Positions 1-9,930 of a DNA stretch of 64,000 bases are shown here, in pieces. Source of the DNA: Minisyncoccota bacterium. Lineage in GTDB: Bacteria; Patescibacteriota; Minisyncoccia; Phycocordibacterales; CSBR16-193. Numbering within the stretch: the first letter of the stretch is position 1; each line of letters begins with the position of its first letter. The DNA lies in contig JBBDRA010000003.1 of assembly GCA_040905715.1 (NCBI GenBank), forward strand, positions 395,095 to 459,094, given 5' to 3'. A program made the translations under genes and the position numbers. Under the pieces are notes generated by a model that saw only the letters and a list, made by a program, of their open reading frames with translations, was not told the origin of the DNA and did not search any database.

Positions 1-554
1 TGGTTCCGGTCGGCTCTGACCAAAAACAGCACGTTGAGTATGCCCGCGACTTCGCCGAAAAATTTAACACTGTCTATGGTGATACCTTTCGTATTCCTGA
101 ACCGTATATTCTCGAGGAAACAAAAACCGTGCCCGGTACTGACGGACGAAAAATGAGTAAAAGCTATAACAACTATATAGGACTTTTCGCCAGTGACGAG
201 GAAATAGAGAAAGGGATAATGAGTATACCAACTGATTCTCAGCCGCTCGAGAGCCCCAAGACAAACTACGAGAATGATACGCTCTATCAGCTTCATACTC
301 ACTTTACGACCGGTTCCGAGCTCGACAAGGTGAACGAGGGCTACCGGGAAGGCGGGCTTGGCTATAAAGAATCCAAAGAGATACTTATTAAAAGCCTCAA
401 GGAATTCATCGACCCGCTTCGCCGGAAACGAGAGGTTGTCGCGAACGATACAGACCATGTCTTCTCCGTACTTGACGAAGGGGCACGAGCTGCACAAGGA
501 GAAGCGACTGAGAAGATGAACGAAGTACGCACAAAGATCGGTCTTACTTCTTGA
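1..554 (+). CDS. trpS: Tryptophan--tRNA ligase, C-terminal part (5' end outside window)
   Basis: Frame open from window start (VPVGSDQKQHVE), KMSKS motif, and GGLGYKESK-type TrpRS C-terminus. Confidence 0.95.
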   Translation, partial: VPVGSDQKQHVEYARDFAEKFNTVYGDTFRIPEPYILEETKTVPGTDGRKMSKSYNNYIGLFASDEEIEKGIMSIPTDSQPLESPKTNYENDTLYQLHTHFTTGSELDKVNEGYREGGLGYKESKEILIKSLKEFIDPLRRKREVVANDTDHVFSVLDEGARAAQGEATEKMNEVRTKIGLTS

Positions 555-585
555 TCAAGAACAAACTATTTAGTAATACTCATTT

Positions 586-1977
586 ATGGAAAATCGAATT
601 TACATACAAGATCTACACGAACATATCGGCTCAGAAGTAACTCTGGCTGGATGGGTTGATGTACGCCGAGACCACGGGAAGCTTATTTTCATAGACCTAC
701 GTGACGCAACCGGAAAAGTACAGATGGTCGCCTTACCTAAGAACAAAGCTGCTCACGTGGCCGCAAGCGCAGTGCGTCCGGAGTGGGTCATCAAGGTTGT
801 AGGGGAAGTAAAGGAACGCCCGGAAAAGATGGTTAATCCGGATCTGCCAAACGGCGATCTTGAGTTTGTCGTTACCGAGATGGAGGTGCTTGCTGAGGCG
901 CAGTCACTGCCGTTTGATCTCGATAGCGATCTGAACCTCGATACACTGCTTGATTATCGACCGCTCACGCTCCGAAGAAGTCGTGAACACGCTATTTTCA
1001 AGGTTCAATCTGCTATCGTCAACGCCTATCGAACTTTTTTAAACAATGAAGGCTTTACTGAGTTCCAGTCACCTAAGATCATCGGGGCTGATGCCGAAGG
1101 GAGCGGTGAAGTATTTGAGGTTAAATATCTTTACGATCGCATTGCTCACTTAGCGACTTCGCCCCAGCTTTACAAACAAATGCTCGTTGGTGTCTTTGAG
1201 CGGGTATTCACTGTCGGGAATGTTTTTCGCTCAGAAAAACACGCGACGTCGCGCCACTTGAATGAATATACCTCGCTCGACATGGAGATGGGGTTCATCA
1301 CTGATCATACTGACATTATGAAAGTTGAAACGAACCTTCTTCGTTCTGTGTGCGAACATTTACGTAACACCTGCGAGAAGGAGTTTTCCTTGTGTGGCTC
1401 CGAGATCCCTACTGTCCCTGAGAATATTCCAAGCATGAAGCTCCGAGAGGCTCAAGAGCTTATATACAAAGAAACCGGGAAAGATGTCAGGGAAGAGCCG
1501 GACCTTGAACCCGAAGATGAACGGTGGATGTGTGAATGGTCCAAACGCGAACATGATTCAGATTTTATGTTCATAACTCACTACCCGGTCTCGAAGCGAC
1601 CATTCTATACCTATGAAGATGAACAAGATCCGGGCTTTACGAAAAGTTTCGATCTTTTATTCCGTGGCGTAGAAATAACCACCGGCGGGCAACGTCGCCA
1701 CCTCTATGAGAGCATAGTAGAAGGAGCACGGCTGAAAAACCTGGATCCTGAGAACTTTGAATTTTATCTACAGGCATTCAAATACGGTATGCCGCCTCAT
1801 GGGGGGTGGGGAATGGGGCTCGAACGGCTTACCGCACGATTTCTGAACATTCCAAACGTAAAAGAAGCAACCTTGTTCCCGCGAGATATTAATCGTATCG
1901 ATACACGATTATCATCGGATGAGGAAGAGGGTTCAAGCGAAGCACCCGAAGAAAATATCAAAAATAATGCATCCTAA
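586..1977 (+). CDS. aspS: Aspartate--tRNA(Asp/Asn) ligase, short archaeal-type, non-discriminating
   Basis: OB fold (RDHGKLIFIDLRD), SPQLYKQ, FRSEKHATSRHLNE and GMPPHGGWGMGLER class II motifs; no GAD insertion. Confidence 0.93.
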   Translation: MENRIYIQDLHEHIGSEVTLAGWVDVRRDHGKLIFIDLRDATGKVQMVALPKNKAAHVAASAVRPEWVIKVVGEVKERPEKMVNPDLPNGDLEFVVTEMEVLAEAQSLPFDLDSDLNLDTLLDYRPLTLRRSREHAIFKVQSAIVNAYRTFLNNEGFTEFQSPKIIGADAEGSGEVFEVKYLYDRIAHLATSPQLYKQMLVGVFERVFTVGNVFRSEKHATSRHLNEYTSLDMEMGFITDHTDIMKVETNLLRSVCEHLRNTCEKEFSLCGSEIPTVPENIPSMKLREAQELIYKETGKDVREEPDLEPEDERWMCEWSKREHDSDFMFITHYPVSKRPFYTYEDEQDPGFTKSFDLLFRGVEITTGGQRRHLYESIVEGARLKNLDPENFEFYLQAFKYGMPPHGGWGMGLERLTARFLNIPNVKEATLFPRDINRIDTRLSSDEEEGSSEAPEENIKNNAS

Positions 1978-2185
1978 ACCCGGTATTTATAAGCATTTTA
2001 AAGGCGATAAATATCGCGTGATTGGTGTTTGCAAACACAGCGAGACCCTTGAAGAACTAGTGATGTATGAAGCGCTGTACGACAACCCGGAGTCGAAACT
2101 TTGGGTTCGACCGCTTGGTATCTTTATGGAGACAATAGAGAGAGGAGATACAAAAACACCGCGGTTTCAATTTTTGAAAGACTAA
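1967..2185 (+). CDS. DUF1653-family protein
   Basis: GIYKHFKG..Y.VIG...HSETLEELV.YEALY...WVRP..F signature; start moved to the ATG at 1967. Confidence 0.85.
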   Translation: MHPKPGIYKHFKGDKYRVIGVCKHSETLEELVMYEALYDNPESKLWVRPLGIFMETIERGDTKTPRFQFLKD

Positions 2186-2195
2186 ATACGTATTT

Positions 2196-2528
2196 ATGGA
2201 ACTTATTTACATTATACTGGCGGCTATCGTAGGTGGTGGAGTCATGTATACGGCAATTTCACGTATCCGGTGCAAAAACGAAGGATTCGAAAAGGAAGCG
2301 GGAAGTAGCGACTTGATCGCTACGCAATCGCTGGAAAAAGAAGAGAACCTTGCTCAGGTAATGCATCTGTTTGACACAAAAGACGAGATCGCCAACGACG
2401 ATGTCGAGAATACGCTCGGCGTATCCGACGCCACTGCAAGCAGGTACTTATCCGAGCTTGAAGAACAGGGACAGGTAAAACAAATAGGAGAAACCGGTCA
2501 CGCAGTGACCTACAAAAAGGTGATCTAG
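2196..2528 (+). CDS. Membrane-anchored winged-helix HTH protein
   Basis: N-terminal hydrophobic helix; C-terminal IANDDVENTLGVSDATASRYLSELEEQG HTH. Confidence 0.7.
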   Translation: MELIYIILAAIVGGGVMYTAISRIRCKNEGFEKEAGSSDLIATQSLEKEENLAQVMHLFDTKDEIANDDVENTLGVSDATASRYLSELEEQGQVKQIGETGHAVTYKKVI

Positions 2529-2535
2529 AAAGATA

Positions 2536-2567
2536 TTTCAACGCCTCAACGCGTTGAGGCGTTGAAA
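2536..2567. repeat. Perfect 32-bp palindrome (REP-like); its 24-bp core recurs at 63263-63286
   Basis: TTTCAACGCCTCAACGCGTTGAGGCGTTGAAA read directly. Confidence 0.8.
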
Positions 2568-2627
2568 CGTAAGCACATCAAGAAATGAAAACTGTTCACC
2601 TGATGTAAAAAGCGACAAGGGTAAAAC

Positions 2628-2656
2628 AAAAGCCGCCGGTTACACCGGTGGCTTTT
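2628..2656. terminator. Bidirectional intrinsic terminator
   Basis: AAAAGCCGCCGGT-TAC-ACCGGTGGCTTTT between convergent genes. Confidence 0.75.
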
Positions 2657-2688
2657 GTTCAGTATAGCGCTCACTCAATTCAATATCG

Positions 2689-3408
2689 CTAGTGATGGCG
2701 CTGCTGATCTCCTGCATGTCCTCCCTGATGACTTCCTGTGGTCGTATCAAGTCGTTCCAAGATCTCACTTGCCTTACTCTGTCCACCAAGACCAAACGCC
2801 AGAGCAACAGCTAATACAAGACCGGCAAACAAGATCTCGATAAGTGACTCAGCGATACCAAGCTGTAAGAGGGCAGCGAGTGTTGCAAAGGTTATGACGG
2901 CGACCTTCGCTATTGTTCCCAGCAAAGCTGTATTTTTAACCGGTAATCGTGTTGCTGTTGCGCCGGAACTTATCAGGCGACCCAAGAAATTGCCGGCGAT
3001 CATACCAACCGCAAGAATAATGATCGCTACAATAACGTTAGGAATGTAAAACAGGATCTCTCGCAAGAACGATGTCACTTCCTCCCAGCCCAGAATATCA
3101 GCTGCGGCGAGAAGAAAAACAATGATAAAGAACCACTTTACTACCTTACCGATCAGCCACGAGAACGTGAAGTTCAACTGAGAACGCCTCATCATATCAG
3201 TGAGTCCACTGCGCTCACTTAATTCATCGATCTTGGCGAGTGAGAGCAATTTTTGAGTTAGCGATCCCAGGAACGAAGCGATAATAAGACCCAGGATAAA
3301 AACGAACAAGGCACTCAGCACCTCGGGTAGGTAGTCGAGGAAGGTGAGCCAAACGTTGTTCAATGACTCAAGTATTTGATCAACGATCACGGTAAATTGG
3401 TTTTGCAT
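2689..3408 (-). CDS. Conserved TM-helix repeat protein (CmpX / small mechanosensitive channel-like)
   Basis: Two YLP/YIPNVIVA TM repeats and an ALAFGLGG C-terminal motif. Confidence 0.8.
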   Translation of the reverse strand: MQNQFTVIVDQILESLNNVWLTFLDYLPEVLSALFVFILGLIIASFLGSLTQKLLSLAKIDELSERSGLTDMMRRSQLNFTFSWLIGKVVKWFFIIVFLLAAADILGWEEVTSFLREILFYIPNVIVAIIILAVGMIAGNFLGRLISSGATATRLPVKNTALLGTIAKVAVITFATLAALLQLGIAESLIEILFAGLVLAVALAFGLGGQSKASEILERLDTTTGSHQGGHAGDQQRHH

Positions 3409-3686
3409 AAATACGTATCTTAAATAATTAATAATGTATAACTCATTATGGTGATTTGACTCCCGGCACTATTAGTGGGGATACACAGTATTGAAGACAC
3501 GCTATACCATTCTGCACATACACCCTAAAAATTAGAACACAAAGAAGAGGGGGATGGTCAAGTTACCGCTATAATACAGGGCTTCCAGGCATCCCCACGG
3601 GCGCTTTGGAGTAAAGTAAAATAAGTAAAGGAATACGTAATACCAAAGCAATACACCAGAGCAATACATACGGTCGACATGATCAA

Positions 3687-3766
3687 TAAAAAACCCCTCG
3701 CATAGCAAGGGGTAGGACGGTGGGTGGCCAAAAGGCCGAAGGAAGAAACGTAGTGTGTAGTACTGC
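3687..3766 (-). ncRNA. Candidate ~80-nt small RNA or attenuated leader
   Basis: TTGCAA-16-TATAAT promoter (3799-3772), then GC hairpin 3713-3693 with a U tract; no start codon within it. Confidence 0.45.
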
Positions 3767-3809
3767 TTTTGATTATAACCAGTATTAAACCTTTTGCAAG
3801 TAGCAGGGT

Positions 3810-3818
3810 TGTGGATAA
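3810..3818 (-). promoter_or_regulatory. Consensus DnaA box
   Basis: TTATCCACA on the minus strand in the intergenic region upstream of scpA. Confidence 0.5.
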
Positions 3819-3937
3819 GTTCTTACGGTGCTGTTTGTATACGCCTCCTTTCGCCAACGTTAGCAATACTATATCAGCTCAATAACACATATCTATTCGC
3901 ATCTAATAAACACTGATCTTCTGCTATACTACAAGCA

Positions 3938-4750
3938 ATGTCCGACCTGCTGGCGAATAATCAAATAGACGACCAGGACGCTCAAATTAATGGAAAGAAG
4001 GGTTTCAAGGTCAAAACAGAGGCTTTTGAAGGGCCATTGGACCTACTGCTGTCTCTGATCCAGAAGCGCAAACTTTTCATTAGTGATATTTCACTTGCTC
4101 AGGTAACCGACGACTATTTGACTCACCTTCAAGAACTTGAGCAATTTCCGGTTGCCGATAGCGCTCAGTTCATTCTCACCTCATCAACCTTGGTTTTGAT
4201 AAAGTCAAAATCGCTTTTACCGACTCTGGACCTTACCGACGAAGAGGAAGAGGACATCGAAGAGCTTGAGGAACGACTCAAGGCATACCAGAGAATACAG
4301 GATCTTTCGGTACACATACGCGACCTCTATGGTGAACAACTCATGGCGAGCGGGTGCTCACATCTTAATAAGACACCGGTTTTTTCACCAACTGACGAGA
4401 TAACACCAGCCAACCTCAGCGAAGCAATGAGAAGTGTCCTGAGCAGACTTCCAAAGCAAGAGCAAATACCGCAGACACAGGTAAAGAAGGTGGTGAGTCT
4501 CAAAGAGACGATAGAACGGCTGAGTGAGCGTATTCAAAGGAGTTTACGGGGCCGATTCTCTGAATTCTCCGGCTATCATCGAGGCAAGGAACTGAGCATG
4601 GAAGAGCGGGTAACGGTAGTGGTGAGTTTTCTGGCTATGCTCGAATTAGTCAAAACCGGACTGGTTCAGGTGAGCCAGCGATCTCATTTTGATGAGATCG
4701 AAATGGAGCACAGTGATATTGGTATTCCTCGTTATAATTCGTTAGAATAG
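3938..4750 (+). CDS. scpA: Segregation and condensation protein A (kleisin)
   Basis: FEGPLDLLLSLI N-terminal motif, FLAMLELVK C-terminal motif, adjacent to scpB. Confidence 0.95.
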   Translation: MSDLLANNQIDDQDAQINGKKGFKVKTEAFEGPLDLLLSLIQKRKLFISDISLAQVTDDYLTHLQELEQFPVADSAQFILTSSTLVLIKSKSLLPTLDLTDEEEEDIEELEERLKAYQRIQDLSVHIRDLYGEQLMASGCSHLNKTPVFSPTDEITPANLSEAMRSVLSRLPKQEQIPQTQVKKVVSLKETIERLSERIQRSLRGRFSEFSGYHRGKELSMEERVTVVVSFLAMLELVKTGLVQVSQRSHFDEIEMEHSDIGIPRYNSLE

Positions 4751-4764
4751 TTGAGCTTTGCATT

Positions 4765-5403
4765 ATGAAAACTGAATCTCAGATAGAAAGCATATTGTTC
4801 GTCAAAGGGGAGCCGGTAAAGCACTCTACGCTGTGCGAGGTCCTTGATATCTCTACTGAAGAGCTGAGAAATGCTCTTGTAAAACTTGAGCAGAACCTTC
4901 AGATCGAAGGAAGTGAGCGGGGTATACGGCTTGTACAAACCACTGACACCGTAGAACTGGCAGCAGCACCTGAGGCACACGAGCTTGTTGAAACACTTAA
5001 CAAAAAAGAGCTAACGAAACGACTTGGTCGAGCAGGCCTCGAGACCCTGACCATAGTACTGTACCAAGGGCCGGTAAGCCGCCGAGATATTGACTACATA
5101 CGCGGGGTAAATTCCACTGCCATTTTACGCAACCTGACCATTCGCGGCCTTATCGAACGACGCGAATCAGAAGACGGTAAACAAGCGATCGTGTACCAAC
5201 CGACCACTCAGCTTTTGCGCCATCTTGGTATATCGAGCACCAAGGAATTACCGGAACATGATGATATAGGAGATAAAGTAGAGCAATTTTACGAGACCAA
5301 TGAGCCGGACGACGTTCAAGCCATTGAGCAAGATGAGGAGCAGAGCGACACTTCAGGTTCACCTGATGAAGAAAGGAGCGAAAGCCAACAACGTACCTCC
5401 TAA
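4765..5403 (+). CDS. scpB: Segregation and condensation protein B
   Basis: LETLTIVLYQGPVSRRDIDYIRGVNS motif. Confidence 0.95.
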   Translation: MKTESQIESILFVKGEPVKHSTLCEVLDISTEELRNALVKLEQNLQIEGSERGIRLVQTTDTVELAAAPEAHELVETLNKKELTKRLGRAGLETLTIVLYQGPVSRRDIDYIRGVNSTAILRNLTIRGLIERRESEDGKQAIVYQPTTQLLRHLGISSTKELPEHDDIGDKVEQFYETNEPDDVQAIEQDEEQSDTSGSPDEERSESQQRTS

Positions 5404-5432
5404 CGCCTGGTACCCGATCCAACACCTAAATC

Positions 5433-6455
5433 ATGAGATCATTACGATCATTTTTTCAAAAAATTAACCTACCGGAAGAAAACACCGGAATAAAAGCACT
5501 CAGTTATGGAGTGCTTGTTTTAGCAATGTCGGCTTTGATCCTTACCACAACACTCTGGAACCCTGAAACCAAAAGTGACGAGAGCAATAGTCAAACAGCC
5601 ACTCAGGATGAAGTTATCCGGGAGACGGAGGAGAAACCTGATCCGTTCAAGGGAATCCGCCTTCAAGCTGAAGCAGCGTACGTACTTGATACAACAACGG
5701 GTGAAGTACTGTTCGAGAAGAATGCCACCAAACATTGGCCTCTTGCTTCTATCACAAAGGTTATGACCGCAATGACCGCCCTAGATCTTATCCCTGATCA
5801 TACAGTAGTGACGGTTGACCAGAACGCGATGCTGATAGAAGGGGACAACGGACTGTACCGGGATGAGCAATGGTCACTTCAAGATCTGCTTGATTTTAGT
5901 TTAGTAACATCTTCAAACAGTGGATCCGGGGCGATCGCCTCTATTGCCGGGGCGATACATAACGGACCGGCCACAACGACTTTTGATGATAACGTCGCAT
6001 TTTTTGTTTCCGCAATGAACCAAAAAGCCCGAGAAATAGGACTTGCTGACACTGAGTTTCATAATCCTCACGGACTGGACACCGATGAGGAAAACAGCGG
6101 ATCATACAGCACTGCACGAGATACTGCGCTCATGATGGAATATGCTCTTGCCAACTATCCCGACCTTCTTGATTCAACTCGACGGCCATACATAACTCGC
6201 ACATCACTAGCAGACATAACTCATGTGGTAAATAATACAAACAAGGTTGTAAACCGTATACCCGGTGTTATTGCCTCTAAAACCGGGTATACCGACCTAT
6301 CAGGAGGTAACCTTGTGGTCGCGTTTGATGCAGGGCTTAACCACCCGATCATTGTTGTGGTGCTTGGTTCCGGCTATGATGAGCGATTCAGTGATGTGCT
6401 ACAATTAGTAAACGCCTCTATTGACGCAACATCTGATATTACACAAACGGAGTAG
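5433..6455 (+). CDS. D-alanyl-D-alanine carboxypeptidase (peptidase S11)
   Basis: SxxK (ASITK), SxN (SSN), NPHGLD and KTG motifs; N-terminal TM helix. Confidence 0.9.
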   Translation: MRSLRSFFQKINLPEENTGIKALSYGVLVLAMSALILTTTLWNPETKSDESNSQTATQDEVIRETEEKPDPFKGIRLQAEAAYVLDTTTGEVLFEKNATKHWPLASITKVMTAMTALDLIPDHTVVTVDQNAMLIEGDNGLYRDEQWSLQDLLDFSLVTSSNSGSGAIASIAGAIHNGPATTTFDDNVAFFVSAMNQKAREIGLADTEFHNPHGLDTDEENSGSYSTARDTALMMEYALANYPDLLDSTRRPYITRTSLADITHVVNNTNKVVNRIPGVIASKTGYTDLSGGNLVVAFDAGLNHPIIVVVLGSGYDERFSDVLQLVNASIDATSDITQTE

Positions 6456-6508
6456 GTCACTATTTTCAACATACACCGCCATGAAGGCTTCACGCTATAA
6501 TCTCGTCT

Positions 6509-7582
6509 ATGATCATCGATATCGTTAAAGTTATTCTCCCGGCAATTCTTGCGTTTTGGATCGGTATCGCGATCACGCCGTTTCTGACTGATTTTCTTTA
6601 CAAGCACCAGATGTGGAAGAAGAGATCCGGGAAGAAGGACTCGAACGGCATTGCTACGAAGATATTCAACCAACTTCACAAGACACGTGAGGTGGGCACA
6701 CCGAGATTAGGCGGTGTTGTTATTTGGGCATCGGCCACCATTACCATTGCAACTATCTGGTTGATGGCTTTCTTTGCCCCCAACGATCTGACCACCAAGC
6801 TAGACTTCCTCTCGCGGAGCCAAACCTGGGTACCGCTTGTAACACTGCTCGTGGGTGCGTTTGTTGGTCTTGTCGATGATCTCTTTGAGATAACCGGTGT
6901 TATTTCAAGAGTGTCGGGTGGACTTTCGCTTAAGGTACGTCTCGCGATCGTAACAACTGTCGGCGTGCTATGCGGCCTCTGGTTCTTTATGAAACTCGAT
7001 GTGACCGCTATAGGACTGCCGTTCGTTGACGCGCTCCAGATCGGCTGGCTTATTGTTCCACTTTTTGCCATTGTCCTGATCGCCATCTACTCAGGTGGTG
7101 TCATAGACGGGATAGACGGTCTTGCCGGCGGTGTTTTTGCGTCTATGTTTGCCGCTTACGCAGGCATTGCGTTCTATCAACAACAGATCAATCTTGCCGC
7201 TTTCAGTGCAATGATGGTCGGTGCAATCCTAGCGTTCCTCTGGTTTAATATTCCACCCGCCCGTTTTTATATGTCTGAGACCGGCTCGATGGCTCTCACG
7301 ATCACGCTTGGAGTCATCGCCTTCATGACCGACTCGCTTGGTGGGGGATACGGTCTTTTGGTGCTTCCGATCATCGGATTTCCGCTCGTGATGACCGTTC
7401 TCTCAAATATTATCCAGGTTACCTCAAAACGATTACGAGGAGGCAAAAAAGTATTCCTTGTTGCTCCGATTCACCATCATTTTGAAGCTATCGGCTGGCC
7501 CGCATACAAGGTCACGATGCGTTACTGGATCCTCGGTATCGTTGCCGCACTCTTAGGAATGATCTTAGCCCTCATTGGTTAG
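6509..7582 (+). CDS. mraY: Phospho-N-acetylmuramoyl-pentapeptide transferase
   Basis: TPRLGG, GLVDD, DGIDGLA, FNIPPARFYM and APIHHHFE motifs. Confidence 0.95.
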   Translation: MIIDIVKVILPAILAFWIGIAITPFLTDFLYKHQMWKKRSGKKDSNGIATKIFNQLHKTREVGTPRLGGVVIWASATITIATIWLMAFFAPNDLTTKLDFLSRSQTWVPLVTLLVGAFVGLVDDLFEITGVISRVSGGLSLKVRLAIVTTVGVLCGLWFFMKLDVTAIGLPFVDALQIGWLIVPLFAIVLIAIYSGGVIDGIDGLAGGVFASMFAAYAGIAFYQQQINLAAFSAMMVGAILAFLWFNIPPARFYMSETGSMALTITLGVIAFMTDSLGGGYGLLVLPIIGFPLVMTVLSNIIQVTSKRLRGGKKVFLVAPIHHHFEAIGWPAYKVTMRYWILGIVAALLGMILALIG

Positions 7583-7660
7583 GTCTTCGCAAGATACAAG
7601 ATCGAGCTGTTTCAGCGGCACGTACGCACAACTCGAAAAGTCACGCCTCGTACGTACACC

Positions 7661-8779
7661 ATGACTACTCACAAACGCACATTTGACCGACCGTTTTTCA
7701 TAGCCGCTCTCATTCTTGTTGTAGGCGGCTTTTTCATATTTATTTCTGCCTCACTAGGACTCCTTGCACAAGAGAGGGTTACTTTTTCTGATGTTGTATT
7801 AAAGCAGTTCCTTTTTGGTTTAGTTGGTGGAACCGGGGCAATGTTCATTGTGAGTCATATACACTACCGTAACTGGCGCGCGTATGCGTTCTATGTTTTT
7901 TGTGCGTCGATTATTCTGACGCTTCTTGTTTTTATACCTCAGATCAGTTTTGAGCATGGTGGCGCCCGGCGATGGCTTTCACTCGGGCCGTTCACACTTC
8001 AACCATCTGAGGTTCTTAAGATCGGATTCGTTATCTATTTTGCTGCTTGGCTTTCCGGTGTGCGAAAGCGTGTTCACACATATTTATACGGGCTTCTACC
8101 ATTTCTTGTTTTACTTGTTATAACCGGAGCAATAGTACTCGGTCAGCGAGATACTGACACCTTTGCCATGATCGTGTTCGCGGGACTCGCTATGTACATG
8201 GTTGCCGGAGCGCGCTGGCGTCATATAGGTATTGTGATAGCAGCCGGACTAAGCGGGGCAGTGGTACTCGCATTATCACGACCATATATTATGGGTCGCA
8301 TTCTTACGTTTCTTGATCCCACGCAGGATCCGCTTGGCGCCAGTTACCAGATCCGTCAATCCTTGATCGCGATCGGTTCCGGTGGATTTTCCGGACGAGG
8401 TTTTGGCCAGAGCATCCAAAAGTTTGGCTTTCTGCCTGAACCTATCGGAGACTCCATCTTTGCAGTTGCCGCAGAGGAGTTCGGTTTCATTGGAAGCTTC
8501 GCGATCATTGCGCTTTTTATCTTTTTTGCATATCGAGGTCTTTACATCGCGGCTCGGGCTCCTGATTTCTTTTCTCGACTTTTGGTGGTCGGAATTGTTA
8601 TACTGATCGTTGTCCAATCATTTATGAACATAGCGGCAATGCTTGGCATGATTCCGCTCTCCGGAATGCCGCTCTTGTTCATAAGTCACGGCGGTACTGC
8701 ACTTATAATAACCCTTGTTGAGGTTGGTATTATACTCAACGTATCCAAATATATGACCAGTAAACCTTCTAACTTTTAA
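7661..8779 (+). CDS. ftsW: SEDS peptidoglycan polymerase FtsW
   Basis: GARRWL, QPSE, YQIRQSLIAIGSGG, LPE..D.IF...EEFG motifs; between mraY and murG. Confidence 0.9.
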   Translation: MTTHKRTFDRPFFIAALILVVGGFFIFISASLGLLAQERVTFSDVVLKQFLFGLVGGTGAMFIVSHIHYRNWRAYAFYVFCASIILTLLVFIPQISFEHGGARRWLSLGPFTLQPSEVLKIGFVIYFAAWLSGVRKRVHTYLYGLLPFLVLLVITGAIVLGQRDTDTFAMIVFAGLAMYMVAGARWRHIGIVIAAGLSGAVVLALSRPYIMGRILTFLDPTQDPLGASYQIRQSLIAIGSGGFSGRGFGQSIQKFGFLPEPIGDSIFAVAAEEFGFIGSFAIIALFIFFAYRGLYIAARAPDFFSRLLVVGIVILIVVQSFMNIAAMLGMIPLSGMPLLFISHGGTALIITLVEVGIILNVSKYMTSKPSNF

Positions 8780-8788
8780 GCCTGATAC

Positions 8789-9910
8789 ATGAAAATAGTA
8801 TTTACCGGAGGCGGAACAGGCGGACACTTCTACCCGATCATAGCCGTTGCTGAACAGCTCCAGAAAAAACTAGAGAACGAACACCAGAGCGATTCGTCAA
8901 CGCTGTACTATATTGCTCCCGAAGCATACGACGAAGCGATGCTTCAAGCTGTCGGACTACAGTATGACAGCATCCCGGCCGGCAAAGTGCGACGGTATTT
9001 TTCCTTTCAAAACGTACTCGATGTTTTTAAAACCATTGCCGGTATTTTCTTGGCTATTTGGAAACTATTCTTACTCTATCCTGATGCCGTATTTGCGAAA
9101 GGCGCGTACGGGAGCGTGCCGGTACTCTGGGCGGCTCGTATACTACGTATCCCGGTCGTGATCCACGAATCAGACAGTGTGCCCGGCAGAACAAATAGGT
9201 GGGCCGCAAAATTTGCTACTAGAATCGCTGTTTCCTACAAAGATGCCGCTCGTTATTTTCCAAAGGAAAAGGTTGCCCACACCGGCCAGCCGGTACGAGA
9301 ACATATTCAGAAACCAATTAAGGAAGGGGCTCGAGATCACTTTGGCATCACATCAGACGTGCCGGTATTACTGATACTTGGCGGGTCACAAGGAGCACAG
9401 AACATTAACAGCGCGATCATTAACGTATTACCTCAACTCCTCAATGAGTACGTTGTGATCCATCAGACAGGGGAGGGGAATCTCGAAGAAACAAGTGAGG
9501 TGGCACGAGCGATCCTTCATGAACATGAACACGGTGAACGTTATATTCCGGTTGGCTCACTGAATAGCACCGAAATGGCGTACGCGGCGGGTGCGGCGTC
9601 GCTTGTGATTTCTCGAGCCGGATCAACGATCTTTGAGATCGCTCAGTGGGGGATTCCGAGTATTATAATTCCGATTGAAGACTCAAATGGAGACCATCAG
9701 CGTACAAACGCCTTTTCCTACGCCCGCATCGGCGCCGCAAGCGTTGTCGAAGAGTCAAATCTCACAGTCAATATTCTTCCTTCAGAGATCCGACGAATTC
9801 TCAAGCAGCCAGAGGTGTATGAACAGATGAAGAAAAGCACCCAATTCTTCGTATACCCTGACGCCGCAGAGATCATTGCTAACGAACTCTACACCATTGC
9901 ACAGCACTAA
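8789..9910 (+). CDS. murG: Lipid II GlcNAc transferase
   Basis: GGGTGGH, HESD, GGSQGA and SRAG motifs. Confidence 0.95.
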   Translation: MKIVFTGGGTGGHFYPIIAVAEQLQKKLENEHQSDSSTLYYIAPEAYDEAMLQAVGLQYDSIPAGKVRRYFSFQNVLDVFKTIAGIFLAIWKLFLLYPDAVFAKGAYGSVPVLWAARILRIPVVIHESDSVPGRTNRWAAKFATRIAVSYKDAARYFPKEKVAHTGQPVREHIQKPIKEGARDHFGITSDVPVLLILGGSQGAQNINSAIINVLPQLLNEYVVIHQTGEGNLEETSEVARAILHEHEHGERYIPVGSLNSTEMAYAAGAASLVISRAGSTIFEIAQWGIPSIIIPIEDSNGDHQRTNAFSYARIGAASVVEESNLTVNILPSEIRRILKQPEVYEQMKKSTQFFVYPDAAEIIANELYTIAQH

Positions 9911-9930
9911 CACCAGAACTAAAACTATTT

